DNA of 64,000 nt from Amphiscolops sp. MND2022 (Eukaryota): assembly GCA_964187785.1 (NCBI GenBank), contig OZ076412.1, forward strand, positions 31,372,001 to 31,436,000, written 5' to 3'. The notes beneath the pieces were generated by a model. The model did no database searches. It was not told the DNA's origin and saw only the letters and a list, made by a program, of their open reading frames with translations. How positions within the stretch are numbered: position 1 is the stretch's first letter; the number at the start of each line of letters is the position of its first letter. Below are positions 53,001 to 64,000 of the stretch, one piece after another. A program made the position numbers and the translations under genes.

Positions 53001-53772
53001 CAGACATTTGTACTTTCTGTATTGTTTGGATAACTTTTTATCGAGGCTTTTCGTCTTCTTGGTACTATTATTGTGTAGCCATTTTGGTGTGTCTTGTGCA
53101 AGTGTTCTGTCATATTTTTCAAGGATAGTTGTCAGGATAATATCTTCATCTTTTTTTTCAAAATGCGGTAACCATTGATTTGTTTTCTCGTTGTTAGAAG
53201 ACGCCTCTGGAAAACATCATTTGACAACATGTGTGGTCAAGATTTATTAAATGATAAAAATTAATTTCCGTCTCTAGTTTTTGGTTCTGTCTGCCGTATA
53301 TTGGAATAACAAGTCTTCTTCGTTCAAGATCTGTGGCAAGAATTCTATACAGCTGTCATGTACTTTTTATGAAACCGGGCAATCGTTTTTGTTTTGCCGT
53401 GTCGTACCGTTTATCGAATGTTGATACAAACAATCGTTGCCTTTTTTTGTAGTTTTTGTAATTGTTCCGATGCAATTAGTTGTCCAAAGATTTTTCCGAC
53501 GTTTTCGTGGAGACTTTCCAGAACAGGTAGTGCTTCACAGGTTGGTGAGTGACTTTACCCAAAAGACGATATTAATATTTTGACACGAAGCAAACTGGAC
53601 ATGCAAAGAATTCATGATCGCGGTGTCTTTTAAATTTGTGTCCATACGAAAAAGACCTTGAAAATTCGCTTGTTGATTTTTGTCTAAATAGAATTTGAAG
53701 TGTGTCCGAATTCTTTAAATCAAAGCGCACCCAACAGCAGTGTTAATTTCAGTTATTTGACAATCGTGTTAA

Positions 53773-54267
53773 CCCAAGTCGAACTTCGATACATTTTCTG
53801 CAAGAATGTGTCAGATTTCACTGCCAAGATCTTGGAAGACAGTACATTTTTCTTGCAGTTATCTTGGAAATAACTTGGAACAAATTGCTTGATCTTGGAA
53901 GTAACTTGGAAAATGGGTTTTGAAACATTTCATTGACAGACATGTAATGCAAGTTTGTTGTAGTCAAGTGGACCACAGGTCCAATCCTTGGCGAACTACT
54001 CTGGAGGTAGTCTGCTGCTTCCGTCTCCACACGAAATCATCTAAACATAAAAAGGGACAGCAAGATCCGTCCAAGAGTCTTGCAAGAACTGTTTGGGCCT
54101 GCAAGAATCTTGCAATAAACATCTGAATCTGCTAGAAATGTCTGATCTGACTGAATCTGACAGGTTTGTCTGAAATGAAGGATACTTGCAAGATTCTTGC
54201 AGATAATGTCTGATATCTTCCAGTTCTGCAAGATTCCTGCCAGAAATGAATGGCAGTTCGACTGGGG
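53773..54267. mobile_element. Non-autonomous TIR element family C (495 bp; CMC/EnSpm-like)
   Basis: TIR CCC(A/C)AGTCGAACT; 2-bp TSD AA (53771-72, 54268-69); internal CAAGA/TCTTG short repeats. Confidence 0.8.
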
Positions 54268-56556
54268 AACTGTTTTAGTATTCTTTTGTTGTAAAGTAAA
54301 GTAAAGTTTATTTCGTCAGATAGTAAATCAAATACAAACAAGTGTTTCAGAGCTTGAGTGATTTTTCATTCGTAATTTCTACGTATTTGTTCTACGACCG
54401 AACAGTCATTTGCAAGTTTGCTGTCATTTCTTTTTTTCCCTTTTATTCCGAGCTTTGTTGTAGCCCATTTTTCCTACTTTTTCTACCTTATTCATCACTG
54501 CGTCTAAAATTGGGTTTTGGTTTGTCATTTTGTTGTCTTTGAACTTGTTTTTTTATTATTTCGATTGTTTGTTCTTCAGCTGCTTTCGATTAAGTTTATA
54601 TGGTCGTTCTTTGTCCGTGTTTGCGATCATTAAGTTCGAGCCCTGTAGTTCCCATTATTGTTGCGAAACTATACTAGTTTTCTATTTCTCCAAATCTCCA
54701 GAATTCCTCTGGAGGTTGGTTCATTATTGGCTTATTTTGACCAAACTAAATACCCAGATTTTGAATGTTTTTTTTTCGGCAATAATTGCTCAATGAAAAG
54801 TTTGATCAGTTCTTTAACAGCCCTGTCTCAGTTTCTGTTACATATTCGGCACCGATAATTTGATTTTCCGGTCTCACTCCTGAATTGAGGACTTCTAGTA
54901 CTTGTTTACCTCTTGTGTCTATGTTGTACCTGTTATATAATCCTGGTGTATCAATGGGTTGATGTTTACTTTGTGTGGCATTCTAGAATTTTGCATGAAT
55001 GTCTGCAGCCGTTTTTTGTATAAAAACCGGTTTTCGTAATTCACTCAAGCATCCAGAGGGGGTATCGATAGCGTCTCGGTCATCTTCGGCGTGTGTTTTT
55101 TCGTACTTCATAATTGAAACGAACTCACTTTTAAAACTGAGCCTATATTTGGGGCGAAAAGAACATATACAAAATTTCAAAGTTTTTTAGGCAATTAGAT
55201 CAAATGATGAGGTGCCTTTTTAGGTGGTAACACACTGATATGCTGGTGTTCGTCACCCATTCTCAATCAATCAAAAGATCTATTCAGTTCACTATTGTTT
55301 AATTTAGAGTCATTTAAAGAGATCTGCCTTGTTCAGTTTAATGAAAACAACTTTGCCCCTGAACATTAATCAAAAACAAACGAGACACAGGAGTTGTACT
55401 CTTTTTGACCGTAATATACTGACCTGTGTAACTTTTGTTGTCCAAAAGTGTCACCCTACGCAAAACTATTTGACCCTTCAAGCGCTCATACTCCCCTTCC
55501 ATTAAACGTTTGACACACTTGCATTCGCAAGACCGCCTTTTTGCGAGTTGCCGATAGTGGTAAATTTGCTTCAAGTGTCCTCGTCTTTCAAGGTTTGGCA
55601 AGGCTCCACTTTCAACACCTGATGACATCTATCAACCTGTTATATTCTCCCTGTACATAATTCTTTTAATTAAATCATCAAATTATAAATATTTGATTAT
55701 CAGAACAAGTGACATAATTGGATAATTATACACGTTATCAAACAAGCAGCGGTTAGTGTAGAACCGTATGAGCTCTTGTTGTGTTTTGTCTCAGTTTTGA
55801 ATTTATGGACGATTTGATTCTCGTCTCCGCGTTTTTTCCCGGTCTTCTCTTTTCAATCTGACGACTGTCCCAATAATGTCTTAATCTTCTCAACTGTGTT
55901 ACCTGTAATGGTCAGAAGGTAATCGGATTACCATATATTATGATTGGGTTATCAGACTTTAGTCTTGTTGATTTTCTGATATGTGGTTCTGAAGTTCCGT
56001 TACTTTAGTTTCGGTTTTCTAATTGTTGTCATCACCGCTTCTATCCAATACTGTGAAAGTGGCCGGGTAGTCGTTCAGATGTTGCTCATCCATGTTGTCT
56101 ATATGCATTCTCAGTTTTTTTGCACCTGATCAGTTTATTGTTGATCTATCTTTTATCAACATCCTTCGCCCTCGTCGCAGCATTGATGTAGACGATGTAA
56201 ATTCGAAACATGCCTCCATTTTACTTCTGTCTGTTGGCCTAAATTTCTCTCTGGTACCTGGTCTGGACAAAACTGTGGTTCTTTCCCCTCTTCTTAAATT
56301 TTTGCTGTTGATGTATATCTTTCGGTTGAAAGGACATCTGTAGTAACCAGACATCCAGTCTGCGGTGGTTTTCTCCTCAACTAGAGAGTGGGTTCTAAAA
56401 GGTTTCCAAGATTTGTTTTCTTCGTTTTCGGTGAATTATTTTGTTTGTTTTGTCAGTTGGTACTGCATGCTTAGTTCCCGACGCTACTTTTGTGATTTGG
56501 TTTCCTTTGCGCTTTCAAGATTAGTTTTGATCTGTTTAAGTAACCTCAGGTATATA

Positions 56557-57691
56557 TAGCGTATTTCAAAAAAAATGAAACCCTGCTCTTTTTTCCAAAT
56601 TTTTTTACAGCGAAACTGCAAACCGCTTTATATTGTTTTGTCAAGGCGTTAACATGGGCCACTCACTACCATGTGAACAATTTCGACGCCTGCAAATTAA
56701 GTACTTCGTGGGCAGATATTAAAAACACTTTTTTGAAAACGAGTTTGCGAAACACACGCGTTTCACTTGAATATCTCTACGAGAACATCACCAACCACAC
56801 TGCTCTATCCGCGACAAGAGATCAATATGCCAAAGAGCCCTCTACAACCCTTTCTTCGACCGACCGCAAAAATATCTAGTGAGTCCTCGCGAAGCAAGGA
56901 ATGTTCAGGTGTCGATGCCCGCCGTCTATCGAACTTTGAAGAAGACAGGCTTTTCCGTTAAAAAGCACAGGAAATTCCATTATTGATAGATCCCCAGAAA
57001 CAGAACCGTATTTCCTTCTGTCAAACTTGGTTGGTCGACATTTTTTTCTCCAATGTCTTTATTACTGACGAGTCATATTTCCAATTTTTTAGTAACAGAA
57101 CTTTGCACTGGTCCGAAGGTCAGAAGCATGTGAAACATGCAGCCAAGTTTTGCCCCAAAATCATGGTGTGTGGTGCTCTCACCTAGCGTGAATTTTCTTC
57201 CAAAAATTGTGATCGAGGGACAAATTACTGCCAACGATATATTGGTATCATCAACAACTTCAGTCCCTACGCAGATGTACCAGCTGGTTGGATCCTACAA
57301 CAGGACGGTACAACTCCCCCAACGTCAAGAGAAACTCGAACTTTTCTGAGGAAACATTTCAAATTTTGCAGTAGCTAGCATATTCTCTGGACTTTGCACC
57401 TGTTGAGAACGTCTGGGGAATTCTTAAAGACGACGTTGAAAGGAATAACCCTGAAAATTTGAAAGGTTTAGACAGGTTCATCTTGGAATCGAAACAGAAA
57501 ATTACATTCGAACTGCAGAGAAATTTGATGGACTCTATTCCTGACCACTTTTACCGCCGCATATCGAATAACTTTCTAAAATGTGATAAGTACAGAGAAA
57601 TCGCTTCCGTTTCATGTAGTTTGTGATACATTCGGTTTGTTGTATGATTCACAATTTGAAAATTTACAAGTTCCATTTTTTAAAGAAGCTA
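56557..57691 (+). mobile_element. Decayed Tc1/mariner DNA transposon with transposase pseudogene
   Basis: HTH-like VSMPAVYRTLKKTGF, NVFITDESYF, PKIMVCGAL, WILQQDG, DFAPVENVWGILK; imperfect TIRs (TAGCGTATTTCAAAAAAAATGAAAC vs TAGCTTCTTTAAAAAATGGAAC) flanked by TA. Confidence 0.8.
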
Positions 57692-57924
57692 TATGTTTAT
57701 TCGAAAAGCAACTTCAATTAATTTTTGACTTAAATGTCTCCGTTCACTCTTGAACGCTTTGATACGACCTTGCCTTTACTTTCTTCTTGCTTCGGTCAAA
57801 CTTATTTAGTTTTCAACAAGACGCCTGCAGAGCAGCGAGATGATTTCCGCCCCAAACAGTTCTTCAACTACATAAGTTGGAGGCTCAATTCTAGCCAATG
57901 CACTACAAAAACGCTACGAAGTTC

Positions 57925-60573
57925 GGAACGAACGCTTTGATTCATTTTAGCCCACTTTCAAAAAAAATACTGGGTTAATTATTTATGCGACAGCTGGCCA
58001 GTTTTCGATTTTTAGCACTCTGCGACTTACCGCTTAAAAAGAAATTATTTTGAAACTTTTTTCGAAAACGATTTTCGAAAAACGTTACTCGCAGTTCTTG
58101 TTTTCGAGGTTCTCTGTGAAGCAAATAAAATTCTCGAATCTTGAGGGTGGCCTCTTTGTTACTTTCAATCACGTGGAACTGATGAGTTTTCTGATTGATT
58201 GTGGGAAACGCCTCATTCCAGTTTTTTCGGCTCCGAGCGTCTTGCCGAAATTTTGATTTGGTCGAAGGGTACGCCCTTGGTTTCATAGCTGATTTCGCCT
58301 CGTGAAAAGTAGTTTTGTGAGCTAAAACTTGTTCAACCATCATAATATTTTACCGAAATCATTTTCGAAAAATTGGATTGTTTGTGAATCCTGTTGGGGA
58401 AAAAGATGTTTCCGAGTATCAGACGTATTTCATGTGATAATTTTTGCCACTGCGAAAATGATAGAAGCTCGAAAGTAGTCCCGTTGCAAGTTTAGGAAAC
58501 TTGGGCGGTCCTGGTTCGTTGTATTATTGCACGTAGTTCCACCAGAAGTGTCGAAAATCTTTTCGGCAACTTTGTGATCAATTCGAAGAACTTTTCCAAA
58601 ATGAATCTACAGATGTCTCTTCAAGAATAAGCCTGTTTTCAAGTAATGTTTTTGAACCTTGTGCAAGTGAAATTGTCTGACATCTTTCCGAACCGCTACC
58701 GGTGGCTCCATGTTTCAATGCTGAGCCTCTGGGTTTTATGATTGAAGGGACCTTTCGGAAAGGGTCCAAAACTGGGACAATGTTTTCGAAAAGTGAGAAA
58801 AATCGGATATTTTGGGGCCTTTGTTGTAAACTTGACAAATTTCTTACCCACTTTTTTCCCAAATTGCACTTTCACTACCCTATTGTTTCAACGCTCTGGT
58901 CAATGGAAATTCTACTCTGGAAAACTTTCGTGGTTTGAACAAAACTTGGGAATACTTTGTCAAAAAACGTAGTTTTATGTTGTTTCATGGTATTTGGGGA
59001 GCTTTGAAGCTTATTCCAAACAAAAATTGCAGGTAAATCTTCAAAAGTGTCAGTGAGCGTCAGGATTGGTCATTGTTGAGTTTTTTTAACTTTTTTATGC
59101 AAGGAAGTAGCTCAAAAATTGAACAAAAAATGGCCTAAAACTGTGAAAAAACTTGAAATTTCTCGGCTTCTGGGTCACTCTCAGGAAATTTTTTTAAATG
59201 AAAATTGCAAATTTTTCTTTTAAAAACGTTCTGTGGGCCTAGTTTTGTCATCTCAAGCTGTTTGAAGATTTTGTTTCACCAAAACAATCCAATCAAAAAT
59301 AAAAATTCACTGAAAATATCAAAAATTGGCCAAAACTTTGACGTTTTCGACTTTTTGCGGTCAATTTTGAGCCATTATCTAATCGAAGTCTGCAAATATT
59401 TCTTCAAAAGCCAAGTGGATTATGAGTTCAATCTTTGCTGAAAGTTTGCCAACATTTCGACTCCAAATTGATTCAAAAAGTGGACATGAGTTGCATAAAC
59501 ACGAAGATGTTGAATTTTTTCGACTCATTCTGAAGTGTTTTTAAAACAAAACGCTGCAACGTTCTCTTCAAAAATACTAATGCATAGTTCGTTCTTTCGT
59601 TGTTGCTTGTGTTGGAACTAAAACCGAAATCCCGCGGAAAATGTACAAAAATTGCATCAAAAACGACAAAACCTTCAAATTTTTCGACAATTTCAGGGTC
59701 AATTTGAGGCGTATTTCAGTCACAAATTGAACTCATCTCTTGACGAAACCTCACTGAAACAACAGGTTTTCCATTGTTTAGGGGTCTTAACACTCTAATC
59801 TACGAAATGTATCAATAGTTAAAACAAAAATTGAACCAAATTGGAGCAAAACAAAAATTTTTTGATTTTTTGTCTTTTTCGAAGTCAATTCTAGATTTTT
59901 ATCAGGTGAAAAACTGAATTTGTCTCTTCACTAAGCATACTGGATAACACATTCACATTCTTTCCTTGTTGACTCTCTCGAACATTCTACTCTCCGGAGT
60001 GTGTCGAAAATTTGACAAAAATTGCATAACGTTAAAAATCGGGAAAATTGTTTTTTATATTCGGTGTCAATTTGAGATCTTTTTCATGTGGAAATTGCAA
60101 TGATGCAATTGAACTCTTGGGAAATGCTTACTGGACTATTACTCGTTCCTTGGTGATCCTTTTCAACATTCCAATCCACGAAGTTTGTCGAAAACTTGAC
60201 AAAAACTGCATAAAAACTTTGAAAAATGGAAAATTTCGGGTTTTTTGTCCTTTTCGGTAAAAATTTGAAGTATATTTAACTGGAAAAACAAAAAATATCT
60301 CTTCGGAAAAGCCTACTAGATAATAAATTCCTGTCATGTTGAGCGTTTTCAACATTCTAATTCACAAAGTCTATCGAAAATTTGAGATAATGTGCATAAA
60401 AGCGTTGGAAATTGGAAAATTTTTGCTTTCTTGTCATTTTTAGTGTCAATTTGAGATCTTTTTCACATGGGAAGCAGCAATTATCTCTTCATAGAAGACT
60501 ATTGGACAACGATTTTGTGCCTTGTTGAACGTTTCCAACAGCCTAGTTCACGGTATCTATCGAAAAGTTGAAG
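57925..60573. repeat. Near-identical segmental duplication, copy 1
   Basis: Matches 61363-64000 with offset ~3.44 kb and only scattered SNPs and small indels. Confidence 0.95.
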
Positions 60574-60650
60574 AAAATGCATTAAAACGGTAAAAAAAAA
60601 TTGAAAATTTTTGCAAATTTTCTCATTTTTGGACTCAATTTTTGGTCACT
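59250..60650. repeat. Diverged ~185-bp tandem satellite
   Basis: TCGAAAA(T/C/G)TTGA at 60004, 60188, 60374, 60560 (spacing 184, 186, 186); GTCAATTT.AG-like motif recurs with a similar period further left. Confidence 0.75.
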
Positions 60651-61362
60651 CTAGGGTCCTTGGGGTCAACTAAAAAAGTCCAGAAATCTCCACAAATACA
60701 TATCGCTCGAAGCCAATTTTATGTGAGTAGAGTTCTATGGGTAACATATAAATATTTATGTGGTTCTTGGCAAATTTTGTAGAGAAAAAACCGTTTGACT
60801 TAAATATTTTCCTTTCCCATATGAAATATGGGCGGAAAATAACTAGGAATCATAGGAAGCGTCTCCTAAAATTGATTAATTTGCAAATTAAAAAATATTT
60901 TGTTAACGATGGTTGGTTGCATCGACGATTGCGTCATAAAAAGGTACGCAGATCAAATCTTAGTTGGCGACAGTTCTTTGACCTGGACAGTTACTATGGC
61001 TATGCAGTGATACTTTATCCATATTATTCTATGTATGGAGAACATGTGTCCCATACATATATATTATGTCAGTATGGAAAACCTGTTTTCCATGAATCAT
61101 CTTGGTCATAGTAGGTTTCGCATAAAACCATATTTTGGATGATAAGGTTCAGGGCTCATTCTTTCGATGGTTCCCTCGCATGGCATTGTAAAAGTTGCAT
61201 GCTTGTCGTGTCTTTTCTCTCGCAATTAACTAGAGTGCCAAAATTCAAGACAGAAAATCAAAGATTCATTTTGTTTTTTTTTGAATAGGCTTCACTTTTT
61301 TCCATCAACGTTTGTGTGGTTTTTCTGTATTAGTCTTTTTCAATAAAGTTGACGCCATTTTA

Positions 61363-64000
61363 GGAACGAACGCTTTGATTCATTTTAGCCCACTTTCAAA
61401 AGAAATACTGGGTTAATTATTTATGCGACAGCTGGCCAGTTTTCGATTTTTTAGCACTATGCGACTTACCGCTTAAAAAGAAATTATTTTGAAACTTTTT
61501 TCGAAAACGATTTTCGAAAAACGTTACTCGCAGTTCTTGTTTTCGAGGTTCTCTGTGAAGCAAATAAAATTCTCGAATCTTGAGGGTGGCCTCTTTGTTA
61601 CTTTCAATCACGTGGAACTGATGAGTTTTCTGATTGATTGTGGGAAACGCCTCATTTCAGTTTTTTCGGCTCCGAGCGTCTTGCCGAAATTTTGATTTGG
61701 TCGAAGGGTACGCCCTTGGTTTCATAGCTGATTTCGCCTCGTGGAAAGTAGTTTTGTGAGCTAAAACTTGTTCCACCATCATAATATTTTACCGAAATCA
61801 TTTTCGAAAAATTGGATTGTTTGTGAATCCTTTTTGGGAAAAAGATGTTTCCGAGTATCAGACGTATTTCATGTGATAATTTTTGCCACTGCGAAAATGA
61901 TATAAGCTCGAAAGTAGTCCCGTTGCAAGTTTAGGAAACTTGGGCGGTCCTGGTTCGTTGTATTATTGCACGTAGTTCCACCAGAAGTGTCGAAAATCTT
62001 TTCGGCAACTTTGTGATCAATTCGAAGAACTTTTCCAAAATGAATCTACAGATGTCTCTTCAAGAATAAGCCTGTTTTCAAGTAATGTTTTTGAACCTTG
62101 TGCAAGTGAAATTGTCTGACATCTTTCCGAACCGCTACCGGTGGCTCCATGTTTCAATGCTGAGCCTCTGGGATTTATGATTGAAGGGACCTTTCGGAAA
62201 GGGTCCAAAACTGGGACTATGTTTTCGAAAAGTGAGAAAAATCGGATATTTTGGGGCCTTTGTTGTAAACTTGACAAATTTCCTACCCACTTTTTTCCCA
62301 AATTGCACTTTCACTACCCTATTGTTTCAACGCTCTGGTCAATGGAAATTCTACTCTGGAAAACTTTCGTGGTTTGAACAAAACTTGGGAATACTTTGTC
62401 AAAAAACGTAGTTTTATGTTGTTTCATGGTATTTGGGGAGCTTCCAAACAAAAATTGCAGGTAAATCTTCAAAAGTGTCAGTGAGCGTCAGGATTGGTCA
62501 TTGTTGAGTTTTTTTTAACTTTTTTATGCAAGGAAGTAGCTCAAAAATTGAACAAAAAATTGCCTAAAACTGTGAAAAAACTTGAAATTTCTCGGCTTCT
62601 GGGTCACTCTCAGGAAACTTTTTTAAATGAAAATTGCAAATTTTTCTTTTAAAAACGTTCTGTGGGCCTAGTTTTGTCATCTCAAGCTGTTTGAAGATTT
62701 TATTTCACCAAAACAATCCAATCAAAAATAAAAATTCACTGAAAATATCAAAAATTGGCCAAAACTTCGACGTTTTCGACTTTTTGCGGTCAATTTTGAG
62801 CCATTTTCTAATCGAAGTCTGCAAATATTTCTTCAAAAGCCAAGTGGATTATGAGTTCAATCTTTGCTGAAAGTTTGCCAACATTTCGACTCAAAATTGA
62901 TTCAAAAAGTGGACATGAGTTGCATAAACACGAAGATGTTGAATTTTTTCGACTCATTCTGAAGTGTTTTTAAAACAAAACGCTGCAACGTTCTCTTCAA
63001 AAATACTAATGCATAGTTCGTTCTTTCGTTGTTGCTTGTGTTGGAACTAAAACCGAAATCCCGCGGAAAATGTACAAAAAATGCATCAAAAACGACAAAA
63101 CCTTCAAATTTTTCGACAATTTCAGGGTCAATTTGAGGCGTTTTTCAGTCACAAATTGAACTCATCTCTTGACGAAACCTCACTGAAACAACAGGTTTTC
63201 CATTGTTTAGGGGTCTTAACACTCTAATCTACGAAATGTATCAATAGTTAAAACAAAAATTGAACAAATTGGAGCAAAACAAAAAATTTTTGATTTTTTG
63301 TCTTTTTCGAAGTCAATTCTAGATTTTTATCAGGTGAAAAACTGAATTTGTCTCTTCACTAAGCATACTGGATAACACATTCACATTCTTTCCTTGTTGA
63401 CTCTCTCGAACATTCTACTCTCCGGAGTGTGTCGAAAATTTGACAAAAATTGCATAACGTTAAAAATCGGGAAAATTGTTTTTTATATTCGGTGTCAATT
63501 TGAGATCTTTTTCATGTGGAAATTGCAATGATGCAATTGAACTCTTGGGAAATGCTTACTGGATATTACTCGTTCCTTGGTGATCCTTTTCAACATTCCA
63601 ATCCACGAAGTTTGTCGAAAATTTGACAAAAACTGCATAAAAACTTTGAAAAATGGAAAATTTCGGGTTTTTTGTCCTTTTCGGTAAAAATTTGAAGTAT
63701 ATTTAACTGGAAAAACAAAAAATATCTCTTCGGAAAAGCCTACTAGATAATAAATTCCTGTCATGTTGAGCGTTTTCAACATTCTAATTCACAAAGTCTA
63801 TAGAAAATTTGAGATAATGTGCATAAAAGCGTTGGAAATTGGAAAATTTTTGCTTTCTTGTCATTTTTAGTGTCAATTTGAGATCTTTTTCACATGGGAA
63901 GCAGCAATTATCTCTTCATAGAAGACTATTGGACAACGAGTTTGTGCCTTGTTGAACGTTTCCAACAGCCTAGTTCACGGTATCTATCGAAAAGTTGAAG
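61363..64000. repeat. Near-identical segmental duplication, copy 2 (runs off window)
   Basis: Begins at the same GGAACGAACGCTTTGATTC as copy 1. Confidence 0.95.

Noticed and set aside
54330-56500. Possible decayed non-LTR (R4/Dong-like) remnant on the minus strand (PTSRGILEIWRNRK)
   Set aside because: Single short motif and no RT or endonuclease motifs recognised; left unannotated.
60758-61111. 117-aa ORF in the spacer between duplicated blocks
   Set aside because: No recognisable domain, splice context or codon bias; likely chance.

Overview
Repeat-rich, AT-rich eukaryotic (invertebrate-animal-like) genomic window; species cannot be fixed from the sequence alone. I find one host gene: a two-exon beta-tubulin on the minus strand (21421-22937, 445 aa) with unusual substitutions clustered in the benzimidazole/colchicine pocket (N165T, E198M, C201G, V236I, A254S, T351I). 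Everything else I can support is transposon-derived. This includes a decayed CR1/L2-like LINE, a second LINE RT fragment, a decayed Tc1/mariner element, hAT-like and Mutator-like MITEs, and three non-autonomous families sharing CCCNNGTYGA termini with 2-bp TSDs. The largest element is a decayed Ty3/Gypsy element (30306-46010, minus; gag-PR-RT-RH-IN) with nested tandem duplications. Its ~5-kb post-integrase region carries up to four non-env accessory ORFs, one antisense. One of them (ORF Z, motif QA[AT]ACDG..IT...GQE) recurs in a second, diverged element at 15.7-15.9 kb. Up to three places (two contiguous, one across a gap) show an accessory region-PPT-LTR-PBS-gag order, suggesting head-to-tail tandem elements. 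The window ends in a 3.44-kb-period duplication containing a diverged ~185-bp satellite. There is a 200-N gap at 30106-30305. Most short ORFs in the supplied track are noise or TE fragments. Domain calls come from motif recognition by eye, not database searches.
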